Source: an uncultured Candidatus Saccharibacteria bacterium
GTDB taxonomy: Bacteria; Patescibacteriota; Minisyncoccia; Minisyncoccales; PEYH01
Reading direction: 5' to 3'
Length of the DNA stretch: 64,000 bases
Assembly: GCA_964616145.1 (NCBI GenBank)
Contig: CAZTRD010000001.1
Span: forward strand, 68,024 to 132,023
The position numbers and the translations under genes are program-made. Below are positions 37,390 through 46,677 of the stretch, one piece after another. Position 1 is the stretch's first letter. Each line of letters opens with the position of its first letter. The notes beneath the pieces are model-generated. The model was not told the origin of the DNA and searched no databases. It saw only the letters and a program-made list of their open reading frames with translations.

Positions 37390-38790
37390 ATGAGGCCGGA
37401 ACAGATTTTTCTTTTTAGTTTAATTTCTGTATTTCTGGGAATAGTTTGCAGAATATTCATTCCCTTTCCTATTATTCTGGTAATAGGATTTTTGTTTTCT
37501 TTGGCCCATTTTTCCGTTAAAAAAGAAAAATGGATAATTCTCCTTTTCCTTTTACTTGTTTTGGGTTTTGTAAGATGTGGCATGGTTCTTCAAAAAAATA
37601 TCATATATTCCAACCAAGAAGTTAAAGTTACAGGGAAAATATTAGAAGATCCGATTGTTTTAGGAACATATGGGAGGGCAAAAATTAAAACAGAATATAT
37701 TGAAAACAGAAAAATCAAGAATGATATTATTGTATACTTTGATAACCCAAAAGATTATTCCAGATATGATTTGGTAGAATTCAAGGGAATCCTGGAAAAA
37801 CCAAATGATTACTATCAAAAGCAGGGGATAACGGCAACGATTGAAACAGATGATTTAAAGATAATTAAATCTTCTGTTTTTTCCTTTTTTACAAAACAGA
37901 AGAACAGAATGAGAGAGATAATAGATGAGAAAATGTCTATTCCTTTCAGTTCAATTCTATCTGCAATGATTTTAGGAGATAATTATAGCTTGCCTCAGGA
38001 TTTAAAAGAGAGCTTGAATAATAGCGGACTGCGTCACATTATTTCCATTTCCGGAACACATATAACAATAATCATGAATCTTTTGATGGGTTTTCTGATA
38101 TTTTCTGGGATTTCAAGAAAAAAATCAGGAATTATTACTCTTTTAATAATTTTTCTGTATATTTTCTTCATTGGGTTCTACGCTCCAGCAATCAGAGCAG
38201 CCATTATGGGGGCCAGTATAATTCTTGCTCAATTATTCGGCCGGCTTCCGGATTCTTTCAGATTTCTTTTGTTTGCCGGAGTATTAATGCTTTTGATAAA
38301 CCCGTTTTTGTTTTTTGATCCTGGATTTTGGTTATCATTCACAGCTACTTGCGGAATGATATTCTTTTCCAATTATTTTACAGAAAGGATAAAGAAAATA
38401 TTAAAGAATAAAGAAATCAGTCAGATATTAGGGATAACATTTGCTGCGCAAATATTTTCTTTACCTGTTTTGTTGTATTATTTCGGCTCAACCTCCTTTT
38501 TAGCTTTTCTTTCCAATTTGTTAATCTCTCCGATAATTCCTTTTGTTATCTCTTTTGGATTTATTGCCTTAATATTGAGTTTTATATTTTTCCCCTTAGG
38601 AACAATATTTTTTGTGATAATTCAGATTCTCTTGTCGTATCTTATATTTATCTCTAATATTTTCTCCAAAATATTCTTTTTATCAATAAATTTCTTTCCA
38701 AACATATTTATCGTTTTAAGCACCTATGTGCTTTTAATGATATGGGCTAGGCATATTAAGGAGGAAGAGAAGATTTCTTTCCTCCCCTGA
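37390..38790 (+). CDS. comEC: ComEC/Rec2-family competence channel protein (no beta-lactamase domain)
   Basis: Multi-TM protein with the SGLRHIISISGTHIT motif. Start at ATG 37390, just after the nrdG stop. Confidence 0.8.
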   Translation: MRPEQIFLFSLISVFLGIVCRIFIPFPIILVIGFLFSLAHFSVKKEKWIILLFLLLVLGFVRCGMVLQKNIIYSNQEVKVTGKILEDPIVLGTYGRAKIKTEYIENRKIKNDIIVYFDNPKDYSRYDLVEFKGILEKPNDYYQKQGITATIETDDLKIIKSSVFSFFTKQKNRMREIIDEKMSIPFSSILSAMILGDNYSLPQDLKESLNNSGLRHIISISGTHITIIMNLLMGFLIFSGISRKKSGIITLLIIFLYIFFIGFYAPAIRAAIMGASIILAQLFGRLPDSFRFLLFAGVLMLLINPFLFFDPGFWLSFTATCGMIFFSNYFTERIKKILKNKEISQILGITFAAQIFSLPVLLYYFGSTSFLAFLSNLLISPIIPFVISFGFIALILSFIFFPLGTIFFVIIQILLSYLIFISNIFSKIFFLSINFFPNIFIVLSTYVLLMIWARHIKEEEKISFLP

Positions 38791-38792
38791 GA

Positions 38793-38821
38793 TTGACGAA
38801 TACAATATAGTATGCTATGGT
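38793..38821 (+). promoter_or_regulatory. Promoter of the 38.8-kb GC-rich island (TTGACG-17 nt-TATGGT)
   Basis: Good -35/-10 spacing immediately after the comEC stop. Confidence 0.5.
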
Positions 38822-38852
38822 ATGGATACATGGGGGAGAGGAGGATGGTATC

Positions 38853-39056
38853 ATGCCCAGAGGACAAGGAAACAAATCCAAGCCGGGCCCCAAGAAGCCG
38901 CCCGACAAGCTATTGATCTACATCCCGCAGTCGAAGGTTGCGCGGCAACCTGTCGAGCGGCTGATGAAGATCGGCGCGAAAAAGGATCGGTCCGTCAGCT
39001 ACCTCGTCGTCGAGGCCATTCTGCAGTACCTCGACCGTGAGGAGAACAAGTCGTAG
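38853..39056 (+). CDS. Ribbon-helix-helix (CopG/Arc-like) DNA-binding protein, 67 aa, GC-rich island gene
   Basis: SD GAGGAGGA 7 nt before the ATG. Lys/Pro-rich tail, then a beta-strand (LLIYIP) and two helices (VERLMKIGAKK, SVSYLVVEAILQYLDRE). Confidence 0.65.
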   Translation: MPRGQGNKSKPGPKKPPDKLLIYIPQSKVARQPVERLMKIGAKKDRSVSYLVVEAILQYLDREENKS

Positions 39057-39088
39057 CTCGTGAGAGCTACAAGAAAGGAGGTGGTCTC

Positions 39089-39109
39089 ATGAAGACGGGG
39101 CCGCCGTAA
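39089..39109 (+). CDS. Candidate 6-codon mini-ORF MKTGPP-stop
   Basis: Perfect RBS AAAGGAGGTG 6 nt upstream. It ends in Pro-Pro-stop. It lies between two hairpins and the island terminator. Confidence 0.25.
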   Translation: MKTGPP

Positions 39110-39140
39110 CAAGCTGTACATTGGAGAGATCAGGCTCTCC

Positions 39141-39186
39141 GGGGGACCGGTGCCCGCATGCACTTCAGGTCCCCCTCATCTTTTTT
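39141..39186 (+). terminator. Intrinsic terminator of the 38.8-kb island
   Basis: GGGGGACC-19 nt-GGTCCCCC followed by TCATCTTTTTT. Confidence 0.7.
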
Positions 39187-39230
39187 AAATCAAGAAACTC
39201 TGATAGAATTCAATATATTAAACAATAACA

Positions 39231-39608
39231 ATGGAATCATTGTTTTCTTTTTCTAAATTAAGGCAAAGTATTAGAATTGCCCTTTTTGGGATCAAAAAGG
39301 CCTTTAAAAAAGAGCAGACATTTAGATTTGAAGCAATATATGGAATAGTTACCATTATTCTTGCTTTTATCTTTTCTTTGAATGCAATAGAATTTTCTAT
39401 TGTCATGGCTTGTATAGGAATGACTTTGGGTTTCGAATTATTGAATTCCCAGGTTGAAAAGGTTGTAGATGTAGTAAAACCGGAATTTAGTTCTCAAATT
39501 AGGACAATAAAAGATTTATCCGCTGGGGCGGTTTTAATAGTTGTGGTTGCTTCAATATTTGTCGGGATTTTAATATTTCTTCCGCACTTCCTAGATTTCT
39601 TAAAGTAA
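39231..39608 (+). CDS. dgkA: Diacylglycerol/undecaprenol kinase (DgkA family)
   Basis: Three TM segments, E..N...E..VD motif (GFELLNSQVEKVVDVV), KDLSAGAVL. Confidence 0.82.
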   Translation: MESLFSFSKLRQSIRIALFGIKKAFKKEQTFRFEAIYGIVTIILAFIFSLNAIEFSIVMACIGMTLGFELLNSQVEKVVDVVKPEFSSQIRTIKDLSAGAVLIVVVASIFVGILIFLPHFLDFLK

Positions 39609-39638
39609 TTATGATAATATCATTGCTAACCATATATT

Positions 39639-40202
39639 ATGCAAGATCAAGATGATAGACAATTGATAATCAGCTATCTTCAAGGAAATGAACAATCCTT
39701 GGAGATTCTAATTGCAAAATATCTAAAGATTATCTATGGATTTATATATGGGTATGTAAACGATCAGGCCATAGCCCAAGATATTACCCAAGAAACATTT
39801 ATCAAGGTTTGGAAAAATATTCAGAAATTTGATAAAGAAAAAAAATTCAAGTCCTGGATTTTTGCCATTGCTAAAAATACAGCCCTAGATTATCTTAAAA
39901 GGAAAAATGCTATTCCATTTTCCGTTTTTGAAAACGAAGAAGGAAAAAATGCTTTTCTGGAGAGTTTGGCAGACAATTCCTTGCTACAGAACAAAATGGC
40001 TGAACGACTTGATACTAAAGATGTTATCGCTTTAGCAATGAAGAGATTGTCTTTTAAATACCGCAGAGTTCTATCCCTATACTACAATAAACATTTTAAC
40101 TTCAGAGAAATATCTGAAATACTAGGCGAGTCGTTAAATACGATTAAAAGCCGTCATAGAAGAGGATTAGTAATGTTAAAAGATATCATCTCAGAACAAT
40201 AA
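39639..40202 (+). CDS. ECF-type RNA polymerase sigma-70 family factor
   Basis: Region 2 (DITQETFIKVWKNI, W...IA.N...D) and region 4 HTH (FREISEILGESLNTIKSRHRRG). Confidence 0.88.
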   Translation: MQDQDDRQLIISYLQGNEQSLEILIAKYLKIIYGFIYGYVNDQAIAQDITQETFIKVWKNIQKFDKEKKFKSWIFAIAKNTALDYLKRKNAIPFSVFENEEGKNAFLESLADNSLLQNKMAERLDTKDVIALAMKRLSFKYRRVLSLYYNKHFNFREISEILGESLNTIKSRHRRGLVMLKDIISEQ

Positions 40203-40245
40203 TGCACCAAAAAATAGGTCTTAATCGTAATGATTATATAGACCT

Positions 40246-40683
40246 ATGGAAAAAACTGGTGCAAATAAATCTGTTCAGAATCAATCAACAGAACCACCCG
40301 TTGGTCTTTTTGATAGGATAATCATAGCTATCAAAAAGGAACAAGAATCCGAGCATACAAAAAAGACCCTTATTATTTTTTTGGCCCTTTTGGTTATTTC
40401 TTGTTTTGCTGCGCCATTTTCTTCATTGATGTTTTTCAACCAAGTAAAGAATTCAGGAATAGTGAGTTTTCTTTCTATGATCCCGACAGATTTTTTCTTG
40501 GTTCTATCTTCTTGGAGAGAGTTCGGATCAGCCCTATTAGAATCTGTTCCGATTGTCGGAATAGCCATATTTACATTGAATATTATTTTAACGCTTTTCG
40601 CGATAAGACTGTTTTTGCACAAAAAACAATTCCTTTTGAAATATTTGATACATAGCTTGATCAATAAAAAATTAATAGTATAA
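40246..40683 (+). CDS. Putative anti-sigma factor / membrane protein
   Basis: Located directly downstream of the ECF sigma gene. Cytoplasmic N-terminus followed by TM helices. Confidence 0.5.
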   Translation: MEKTGANKSVQNQSTEPPVGLFDRIIIAIKKEQESEHTKKTLIIFLALLVISCFAAPFSSLMFFNQVKNSGIVSFLSMIPTDFFLVLSSWREFGSALLESVPIVGIAIFTLNIILTLFAIRLFLHKKQFLLKYLIHSLINKKLIV

Positions 40684-40687
40684 AAAT

Positions 40688-41203
40688 ATGGAAGAAGAAA
40701 CAAAAAAGGAAATGACAACCATCAAAATTAAAATCGATACTTTGAAATGGATTATCATCGGGCTTTTGATTTTCGTAATAATTCTTTTGATCCTCGGGGT
40801 TGGGATAAAGATTGGTTCGGAAAAAGCTAAATTTTCCTGCCGTTGGGCAGAAAACTACCAAATTAATTTTGGAGGTCCCAAAACAGGATTTATCGGTAAT
40901 TGGAGAGGATTGCCAGGAGATACTTTTATCGAAGGGCACGGGTCTGTTGGAGAAATCATCAAGATTAACGGAAATGATTTTGTCATCAAAGACAGGGGCA
41001 ATACTGAAAAAGTAATCTTGATAAAAGAAGATACAACCATTAATCGTTTAAGAGAAACAATTAAATTAAGCGATTTAAAGGTGGGAGAATTCGTAACAGT
41101 AATCGGAAACCCCAATGATTCAGGCCAGATTGAAGCAAAACTGATCAGAGCTATCTCTGTCCCAGAAGTTCTTCCATTAAAAAATATTAGGCAAAACATA
41201 TGA
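40688..41203 (+). CDS. Membrane-anchored small beta-rich protein (DUF5666-like), paralog of 44831-45244
   Basis: One TM segment. C-terminal ...DLKVGEFVTVIGNPNDSGQIEAKLIR matches ...DLEIGKTIGVSGTSNTDGSITAKNIS in the paralog. Confidence 0.6.
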   Translation: MEEETKKEMTTIKIKIDTLKWIIIGLLIFVIILLILGVGIKIGSEKAKFSCRWAENYQINFGGPKTGFIGNWRGLPGDTFIEGHGSVGEIIKINGNDFVIKDRGNTEKVILIKEDTTINRLRETIKLSDLKVGEFVTVIGNPNDSGQIEAKLIRAISVPEVLPLKNIRQNI

Positions 41204-42879
41204 TTAAAAATATATTCAAGAAAATTATCAAGCATAAGCTTATCGCAGGAACAATAATAGTTGCAATCGGATTAATAGTGTTTTGGGGAGTTAAGGTTTT
41301 ATCCGGAAAAGCTGTTACTACCAGCTACATCACGGCGACAGTTGAAAAGGGGACTGTTATCTCTTCTGTATCTGGGACCGGCCAGGTTGAATCTTTAAAT
41401 CAGACAGATATTAAATCAGAAGTTTCTGGAGAGATAATTTACCTTGGAATTTCCAATGGGCAATCGGTTGGAAAAGGTGCATTGGTAGTAAAGGTTGACG
41501 ATAGTGATGCTCGAGATACCATTGAAGCTGCTCAAGATATCCTAGAAGAAGAACTTTTTACTCTTGAAAAGATGGAGGGCCTGACTACTAGTAGCGGTTC
41601 ATTGAGGGGGGACAAAGAAAAAGCCATGAACAATCTAGATAAAGCATATGAAGACGGATTCAATACGGTATCAAATGCTTTTCTTCAGTTACCAGCGATC
41701 ATTACTGGTTTGTATGATATTATCTATTCCAAAACATTCAGCGTCTATCAAGATAATGTTGATTACTATGGAGATATAGTCGAATCATATGGAGCTCAAT
41801 ATGATGTCTACAGAACAGATGCTTTCAATGAATATAAAGAGGCCAAGGCATTATATGATATAAACTTCCAGGACTATAAAGCTGTTAGCAGATCCTCGGA
41901 TGATGAAGACATAGAAGCATTGATAGAGGAAACATATGAAACGGCCAGAGATATTTCAGATGCCATTAAAAACACCATTAATTTAATAACTATTTATCAG
42001 GAAAAATTAAAGGAAAATGGATTAACCCCTGTTTCTGGCTCTACTACTCATTTATCAAGTCTGAATACTTATACCAGTAATGCTAATAACCATGTTTCCA
42101 GTTTACTGTCTTCAAAAAATAGCATCCAATCATACAAAGAAGCAGTGATTGAAGTAGATTTTGATTTAGAAGACCAGAAAGAAAAAGTGGAAGAAGCAAG
42201 ACAAGATCTATCTGATGCACAAGATGACTTGTCTGAGTATAATATTTACGCCCCATTTTCTGGAACTATTTCCAGTATATCAGCAGAAAAAGGAGATTCT
42301 ATTAATTCAGGATCAACTATGGCTACGATCATTACTCATAACAAAGTAGCGGCCATTTCTTTAAATGAAGTAGACGCTGCTGATGTTAAAGTTGGCCAAA
42401 AAGCTGTCCTTACTTTTGATGCCATAGATGATTTAAGTATTACTGGTCAGGTGTTAGAAATTGATTCTGTAGGAACAGTTTCTCAAGGAGTTGTCAGCTA
42501 TAGCGCCACTATTAGTTTTGATACCGATAACGAGAGCGTAAAGCCGGGCATGACAGTATCGGCAACGATCATTCTGGAAGTTAAGCAGAATGTACTATTA
42601 GTATCCAACTCAGCTATTAAAAGTAACGACGATATCTCATATGTGGAAATTATGGATGCTAGCTCTACTACTTTTAAACAACAGCAGGTGGAAATCGGAT
42701 TATCTGATGATGATAATACGGAAATTGTGAGCGGTTTAAATGAGGGAGATATTGTTATTACAAAAACAACTAGTTCAAGCAAAACGAACAGCAACTCTTC
42801 GTCAGGGAATACCATTTTTTCCAACGGAGAAGGGCCTAGTGGAGTAATGCCAGGAGGAGCAACCATGATAATACGATAA
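41200..42879 (+). CDS. HlyD/MacA-like periplasmic adaptor (membrane fusion protein)
   Basis: N-terminal TM segment, lipoyl-like hairpin halves (IKSEVSGEI ... APFSGTISSI), a long coiled-coil insert, and a beta-barrel C-terminus. Confidence 0.8.
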   Translation: MIKNIFKKIIKHKLIAGTIIVAIGLIVFWGVKVLSGKAVTTSYITATVEKGTVISSVSGTGQVESLNQTDIKSEVSGEIIYLGISNGQSVGKGALVVKVDDSDARDTIEAAQDILEEELFTLEKMEGLTTSSGSLRGDKEKAMNNLDKAYEDGFNTVSNAFLQLPAIITGLYDIIYSKTFSVYQDNVDYYGDIVESYGAQYDVYRTDAFNEYKEAKALYDINFQDYKAVSRSSDDEDIEALIEETYETARDISDAIKNTINLITIYQEKLKENGLTPVSGSTTHLSSLNTYTSNANNHVSSLLSSKNSIQSYKEAVIEVDFDLEDQKEKVEEARQDLSDAQDDLSEYNIYAPFSGTISSISAEKGDSINSGSTMATIITHNKVAAISLNEVDAADVKVGQKAVLTFDAIDDLSITGQVLEIDSVGTVSQGVVSYSATISFDTDNESVKPGMTVSATIILEVKQNVLLVSNSAIKSNDDISYVEIMDASSTTFKQQQVEIGLSDDDNTEIVSGLNEGDIVITKTTSSSKTNSNSSSGNTIFSNGEGPSGVMPGGATMIIR

Positions 42880-42884
42880 ATACT

Positions 42885-43595
42885 ATGATTGAATGTAGGG
42901 ATATAACAAAAATATATGGAAATGGAGAGATGAAAACAATAGCTCTTAGGGGCGTTTCTTTTAAGATAAATGATGGAGATTTCGTAGCAATCATGGGTCC
43001 ATCCGGATCTGGCAAATCAACCCTGATGCATATTTTGGGAGCTCTTGATAGCCCAACCAAAGGAAAATATTACATTGATGATAAAGATGTTTCAGAATTA
43101 TCTGATGATGAATTAGCAGATATAAGGAGAAACAAAATTGGTTTTGTTTTCCAATCGTTTAATCTTTTGCCAAGAACCACCGTGTTAAGAAATGTTATTC
43201 TTCCATTAATGTATGCGGGCATTTCTCAGGAGAAAAGAGAACAACAAGCCAAAGCCTCTCTTAAAAACGCCGGATTAGAAGAAGAACATTTTTCTCATCT
43301 TTCCAATCAACTGTCAGGAGGACAGATGCAAAGAGTGGCGATAGCCAGGGCTCTAGTGAACAGCCCATCATTGATTTTAGCAGATGAGCCGACAGGGAAT
43401 CTTGATACTAAGACAGGAGAAATAGTATTAGACACATTTCAGTTATTAAATAGAGAGAAAAAATGCACTATAGTTTTAATTACTCATGAAAGATATGTTG
43501 CAGAGCATGCTGACAGAATCATTACCATTCGCGACGGGTCTATTATTTCAGACGAAAGGGTTCCGCAAAAAAGAGTTATCAATGATAAAACATGA
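42885..43595 (+). CDS. ABC transporter ATP-binding protein (MacB/LolD-like)
   Basis: Walker [10 protein letters not shown], signature [14 protein letters not shown], Walker [13 protein letters not shown]. Confidence 0.92.
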   Translation: MIECRDITKIYGNGEMKTIALRGVSFKINDGDFVAIMGPSGSGKSTLMHILGALDSPTKGKYYIDDKDVSELSDDELADIRRNKIGFVFQSFNLLPRTTVLRNVILPLMYAGISQEKREQQAKASLKNAGLEEEHFSHLSNQLSGGQMQRVAIARALVNSPSLILADEPTGNLDTKTGEIVLDTFQLLNREKKCTIVLITHERYVAEHADRIITIRDGSIISDERVPQKRVINDKT

Positions 43596-44815
43596 AAATA
43601 TATGATTTAATACAAGAAACCTGTTCAGCTCTCTTGAGAAATAAGGCCAGATCAGGATTAACGATTCTTGGCATTGTGATTGGGATTGGTTCAGTTATTG
43701 CCATGATATCTATAGGCCAAGGAGCTCAAAGTTCAATTCAATCAAATATTGAATCAATGGGATCTAATTTGCTTTTGGTGTACCCTGGAACTCAAAGATC
43801 CCTAGGGACACAAGTCAGATCAAGCTTTGGCTCTGCTAAATCACTCACGATGGAAGATGTAGAAGCTATTGCTCAACAAACTAACTATATTTCATATGTT
43901 GCACCTGACCAATCAGGGAGATACCAGGTAACGGCTAAGGGAACAAATACCAACACACAGGTTATGGGAGTAACATTCGCCTATTCAACCGTTAGAAATG
44001 TGGAAGTGGCTGAAGGCGATTTCATTTCTGATCAAAATGTAAACAACATATCTAAAGTTGCTGTTTTGGGGCCAAGCGTTGTAGAAGATCTTTTTGGAGA
44101 AGACGCCAATGCAGTAGGACAGACAATCAGGATTAACAAAATCACATTTAAAGTTATTGGAGTGACTGAAGAAAAGGGAAGTTCTGGTATGAGCAACCAA
44201 GACGATATGATATATATTCCATTAACTACGAATCAAAAATTTCTATCTGGCAACGAATATTTAAGTACAATCAGTATCCAAGTCTCTGATCAGAACTTAA
44301 TGACTATGGCTCAAGAGGAAGTTACAAGTCTTCTTTTGGATCAACACAACATTTCCGATTCTACTTTAGCCGATTTTAGGATCATGAATCAAAGTGATTT
44401 AGTTGAGAGCGCTTCTTCCATCGCTGACACCTTAACAATACTATTGGGGTCTATTGCCGGAATTTCTTTGATTGTCGGAGGCATTGGGATAATGAACATG
44501 ATGTTGACTACAGTTACAGAAAGAACCAGAGAGATTGGATTAAGGAAAGCAGTTGGGGCTAAAAGAAAAGACATCAATCTTCAATTCTTGGCTGAAGCAA
44601 CCATGCTTACTCTGATAGGGGGTATATGCGGGATAATCTTAGGTTGGGGGATAGCCGCAATTCTTACAAAACTTGATGTTACAACAACAAAAGTCTCTAT
44701 GGGATCAGTTTTTCTATCCTTTGGGGTTTCTGCGGCAATAGGGATAATATTCGGATATTATCCGGCCAGAAGAGCATCAAGGCTTAATCCGATAGAAGCA
44801 TTAAGGTACGAATAA
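43592..44815 (+). CDS. ABC transporter permease (MacB/FtsX family)
   Basis: MacB periplasmic domain followed by an FtsX C-terminal 3-TM domain (REIGLRKAVGAKRKDI, P..A.RL.P.EALR.E). Confidence 0.9.
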   Translation: MKIYDLIQETCSALLRNKARSGLTILGIVIGIGSVIAMISIGQGAQSSIQSNIESMGSNLLLVYPGTQRSLGTQVRSSFGSAKSLTMEDVEAIAQQTNYISYVAPDQSGRYQVTAKGTNTNTQVMGVTFAYSTVRNVEVAEGDFISDQNVNNISKVAVLGPSVVEDLFGEDANAVGQTIRINKITFKVIGVTEEKGSSGMSNQDDMIYIPLTTNQKFLSGNEYLSTISIQVSDQNLMTMAQEEVTSLLLDQHNISDSTLADFRIMNQSDLVESASSIADTLTILLGSIAGISLIVGGIGIMNMMLTTVTERTREIGLRKAVGAKRKDINLQFLAEATMLTLIGGICGIILGWGIAAILTKLDVTTTKVSMGSVFLSFGVSAAIGIIFGYYPARRASRLNPIEALRYE

Positions 44816-44830
44816 TTAAAATGTAAAAAT

Positions 44831-45244
44831 ATGAATAAAACTTTACTTATCGTTATACTTTCTGCAGCGGTTCTGATTATTGGTGCGTTTTTTGGAGGAA
44901 TGGTGTATGGCAAGAATCAGATAAGATCAAGATCCCTTGGAAATATATTTGATATAAAGCCGGGAGGATTTGGTACCAGTACAACCGAAAGGATGAATAA
45001 CAGAAATGGCGCAGGGATGACAATGGGAGAAATAATTTCTAAGGATTCGGAAAGTATCACTATTAAGACTCAAGATGGAGGATCTAAGATAATACTTTTT
45101 TCTGATTTAACTCAGATAGCAAAATCTACTAGCGGGAGTATAGATGACTTGGAAATTGGGAAAACAATTGGAGTTAGCGGAACTTCCAATACTGATGGAA
45201 GTATTACGGCTAAAAATATCAGCTTACAAAATCAGATAAAATAA
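44831..45244 (+). CDS. Membrane-anchored small beta-rich protein (DUF5666-like), paralog of 40688-41203
   Basis: See 40688-41203. The two paralogs bracket the MacAB-like genes. Confidence 0.6.
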   Translation: MNKTLLIVILSAAVLIIGAFFGGMVYGKNQIRSRSLGNIFDIKPGGFGTSTTERMNNRNGAGMTMGEIISKDSESITIKTQDGGSKIILFSDLTQIAKSTSGSIDDLEIGKTIGVSGTSNTDGSITAKNISLQNQIK

Positions 45245-45265
45245 AGATTGGTTGGATTGGATTAA

Positions 45266-45292
45266 ACCGCCTTTTTATGAAGGCGGATTTTT
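45266..45292 (+). terminator. Intrinsic terminator
   Basis: CCGCCTT-TTTATG-AAGGCGG followed by ATTTTT. Confidence 0.7.
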
Positions 45293-45362
45293 CCACCAAG
45301 CCCTCTTCTCAAAAACTATCAAACTGGTAAAATGTCTTATTTAGAGAATTAATTTTAAAAAT

Positions 45363-46637
45363 ATGGAAACACAAACAGAATTACTTCCAGTTCAAAATTC
45401 CGGAAAACCAAAAAACTCTTCCAGATTTATTGTTTTAATAGCAATAATTTCTATTGTTCTTGGTTCAGGCAGCGGGTTTTTGATTTCCAGCATTTACTGG
45501 ACCAGAAACATTAATAGTATTTTGGGCAAGGAGCCGGTTGTTGAAGAAAAAACGATAGTTCAGAACAACTACATTCCCCAAACAACAGAAGAACAAAAAA
45601 CTATTAATTTAGTAAAAGATAATTTTGATTCTGTTGTAAGCGTTATCATCACCAAAGATGTTCCGATATATGAAACCTACTATGTTGATCCTTTTGGTTC
45701 TGACTGGTTTAATTTTCAAGTGCCTCAATACAGGCAAAAAGGAACAGAGAAAAAAGAAGTAGGCGGAGGAACAGGGTTCATCATTAGCAGCGATGGAATG
45801 GTTTTAACCAACAAACATGTTGTTTCAGATGAAGACGCCGAATATACTGTTTTGACCAATGACGGAAAAAGGTATTCTGCTAAAATCCTAGCCGTAGATC
45901 AAATCTATGATCTAGCAGTGATTAAAATAGATCAGGCGAGCCAGGCAACTCAAACCAAATTTAATCCAGTAAAATTAGGAGATTCCGATTCTTTGCAAGT
46001 AGGCCAGATGGTTGTAGCGATAGGCAATGCTTTGGCAGAATTTCAGAATACAGTTTCTACCGGAGTAATTTCAGGACTTGGCAGAACTATTACCGCTACC
46101 AGCGGAACCGAAAGCGAGGTGTTAGAAGATGTTATCCAGACAGATGCAGCTATTAATTCCGGCAATTCTGGTGGTCCGCTTTTGAATCTTGCCGGAGAAG
46201 TAATCGGAATCAATGTTGCTAAATCTGATTACGCGGAAAATATCGGGTTTGCTATTCCGATAAATCAAGCCAAAAAAGCTATTGACCAAGTCAAAACAAC
46301 AGGAAAGATAGTATATCCGTATATTGGGGTATATTACACTCTGATTACTCCGGATCTTCAGACAGCAAACAAATTAAGTGTTGATTACGGGGCCTGGATA
46401 GGGAGAGATTCTTCCGGCCAAAAAGCAAAAACACCATTTGTTCCCGGAAGTCCGGCAGAAAAATCAGGATTAAAACAAGATGATATCATCCTTCAGATAA
46501 ACGGAGAAAAGATAACTTTGCAAAATACTTTGTCAAAAATTATACAGAAGTACAATCCAGGAGATGTAATTTCCTGTCTTGTCTTAAGAAACGGGGTCCA
46601 GCAGACGATTAAGATAACTCTTGCTGAAAGGACATAG
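45363..46637 (+). CDS. htrA: HtrA/DegP-family serine protease with PDZ domain
   Basis: TM anchor, catalytic TNKHV / D / GNSGGPL triad motifs, C-terminal PDZ (GSPAEKSGLKQDDIILQING). Confidence 0.9.
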   Translation: METQTELLPVQNSGKPKNSSRFIVLIAIISIVLGSGSGFLISSIYWTRNINSILGKEPVVEEKTIVQNNYIPQTTEEQKTINLVKDNFDSVVSVIITKDVPIYETYYVDPFGSDWFNFQVPQYRQKGTEKKEVGGGTGFIISSDGMVLTNKHVVSDEDAEYTVLTNDGKRYSAKILAVDQIYDLAVIKIDQASQATQTKFNPVKLGDSDSLQVGQMVVAIGNALAEFQNTVSTGVISGLGRTITATSGTESEVLEDVIQTDAAINSGNSGGPLLNLAGEVIGINVAKSDYAENIGFAIPINQAKKAIDQVKTTGKIVYPYIGVYYTLITPDLQTANKLSVDYGAWIGRDSSGQKAKTPFVPGSPAEKSGLKQDDIILQINGEKITLQNTLSKIIQKYNPGDVISCLVLRNGVQQTIKITLAERT

Positions 46638-46677
46638 GGCTTTACCAAAACAGGATAAAATGGTATAAATATTAACT

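Noticed and set aside
38822-39040. 72-aa alternative-frame ORF in the 38.8-kb island
   Set aside because: It overlaps the RHH ORF and has no RBS. The RHH frame has an SD and a recognisable fold pattern.
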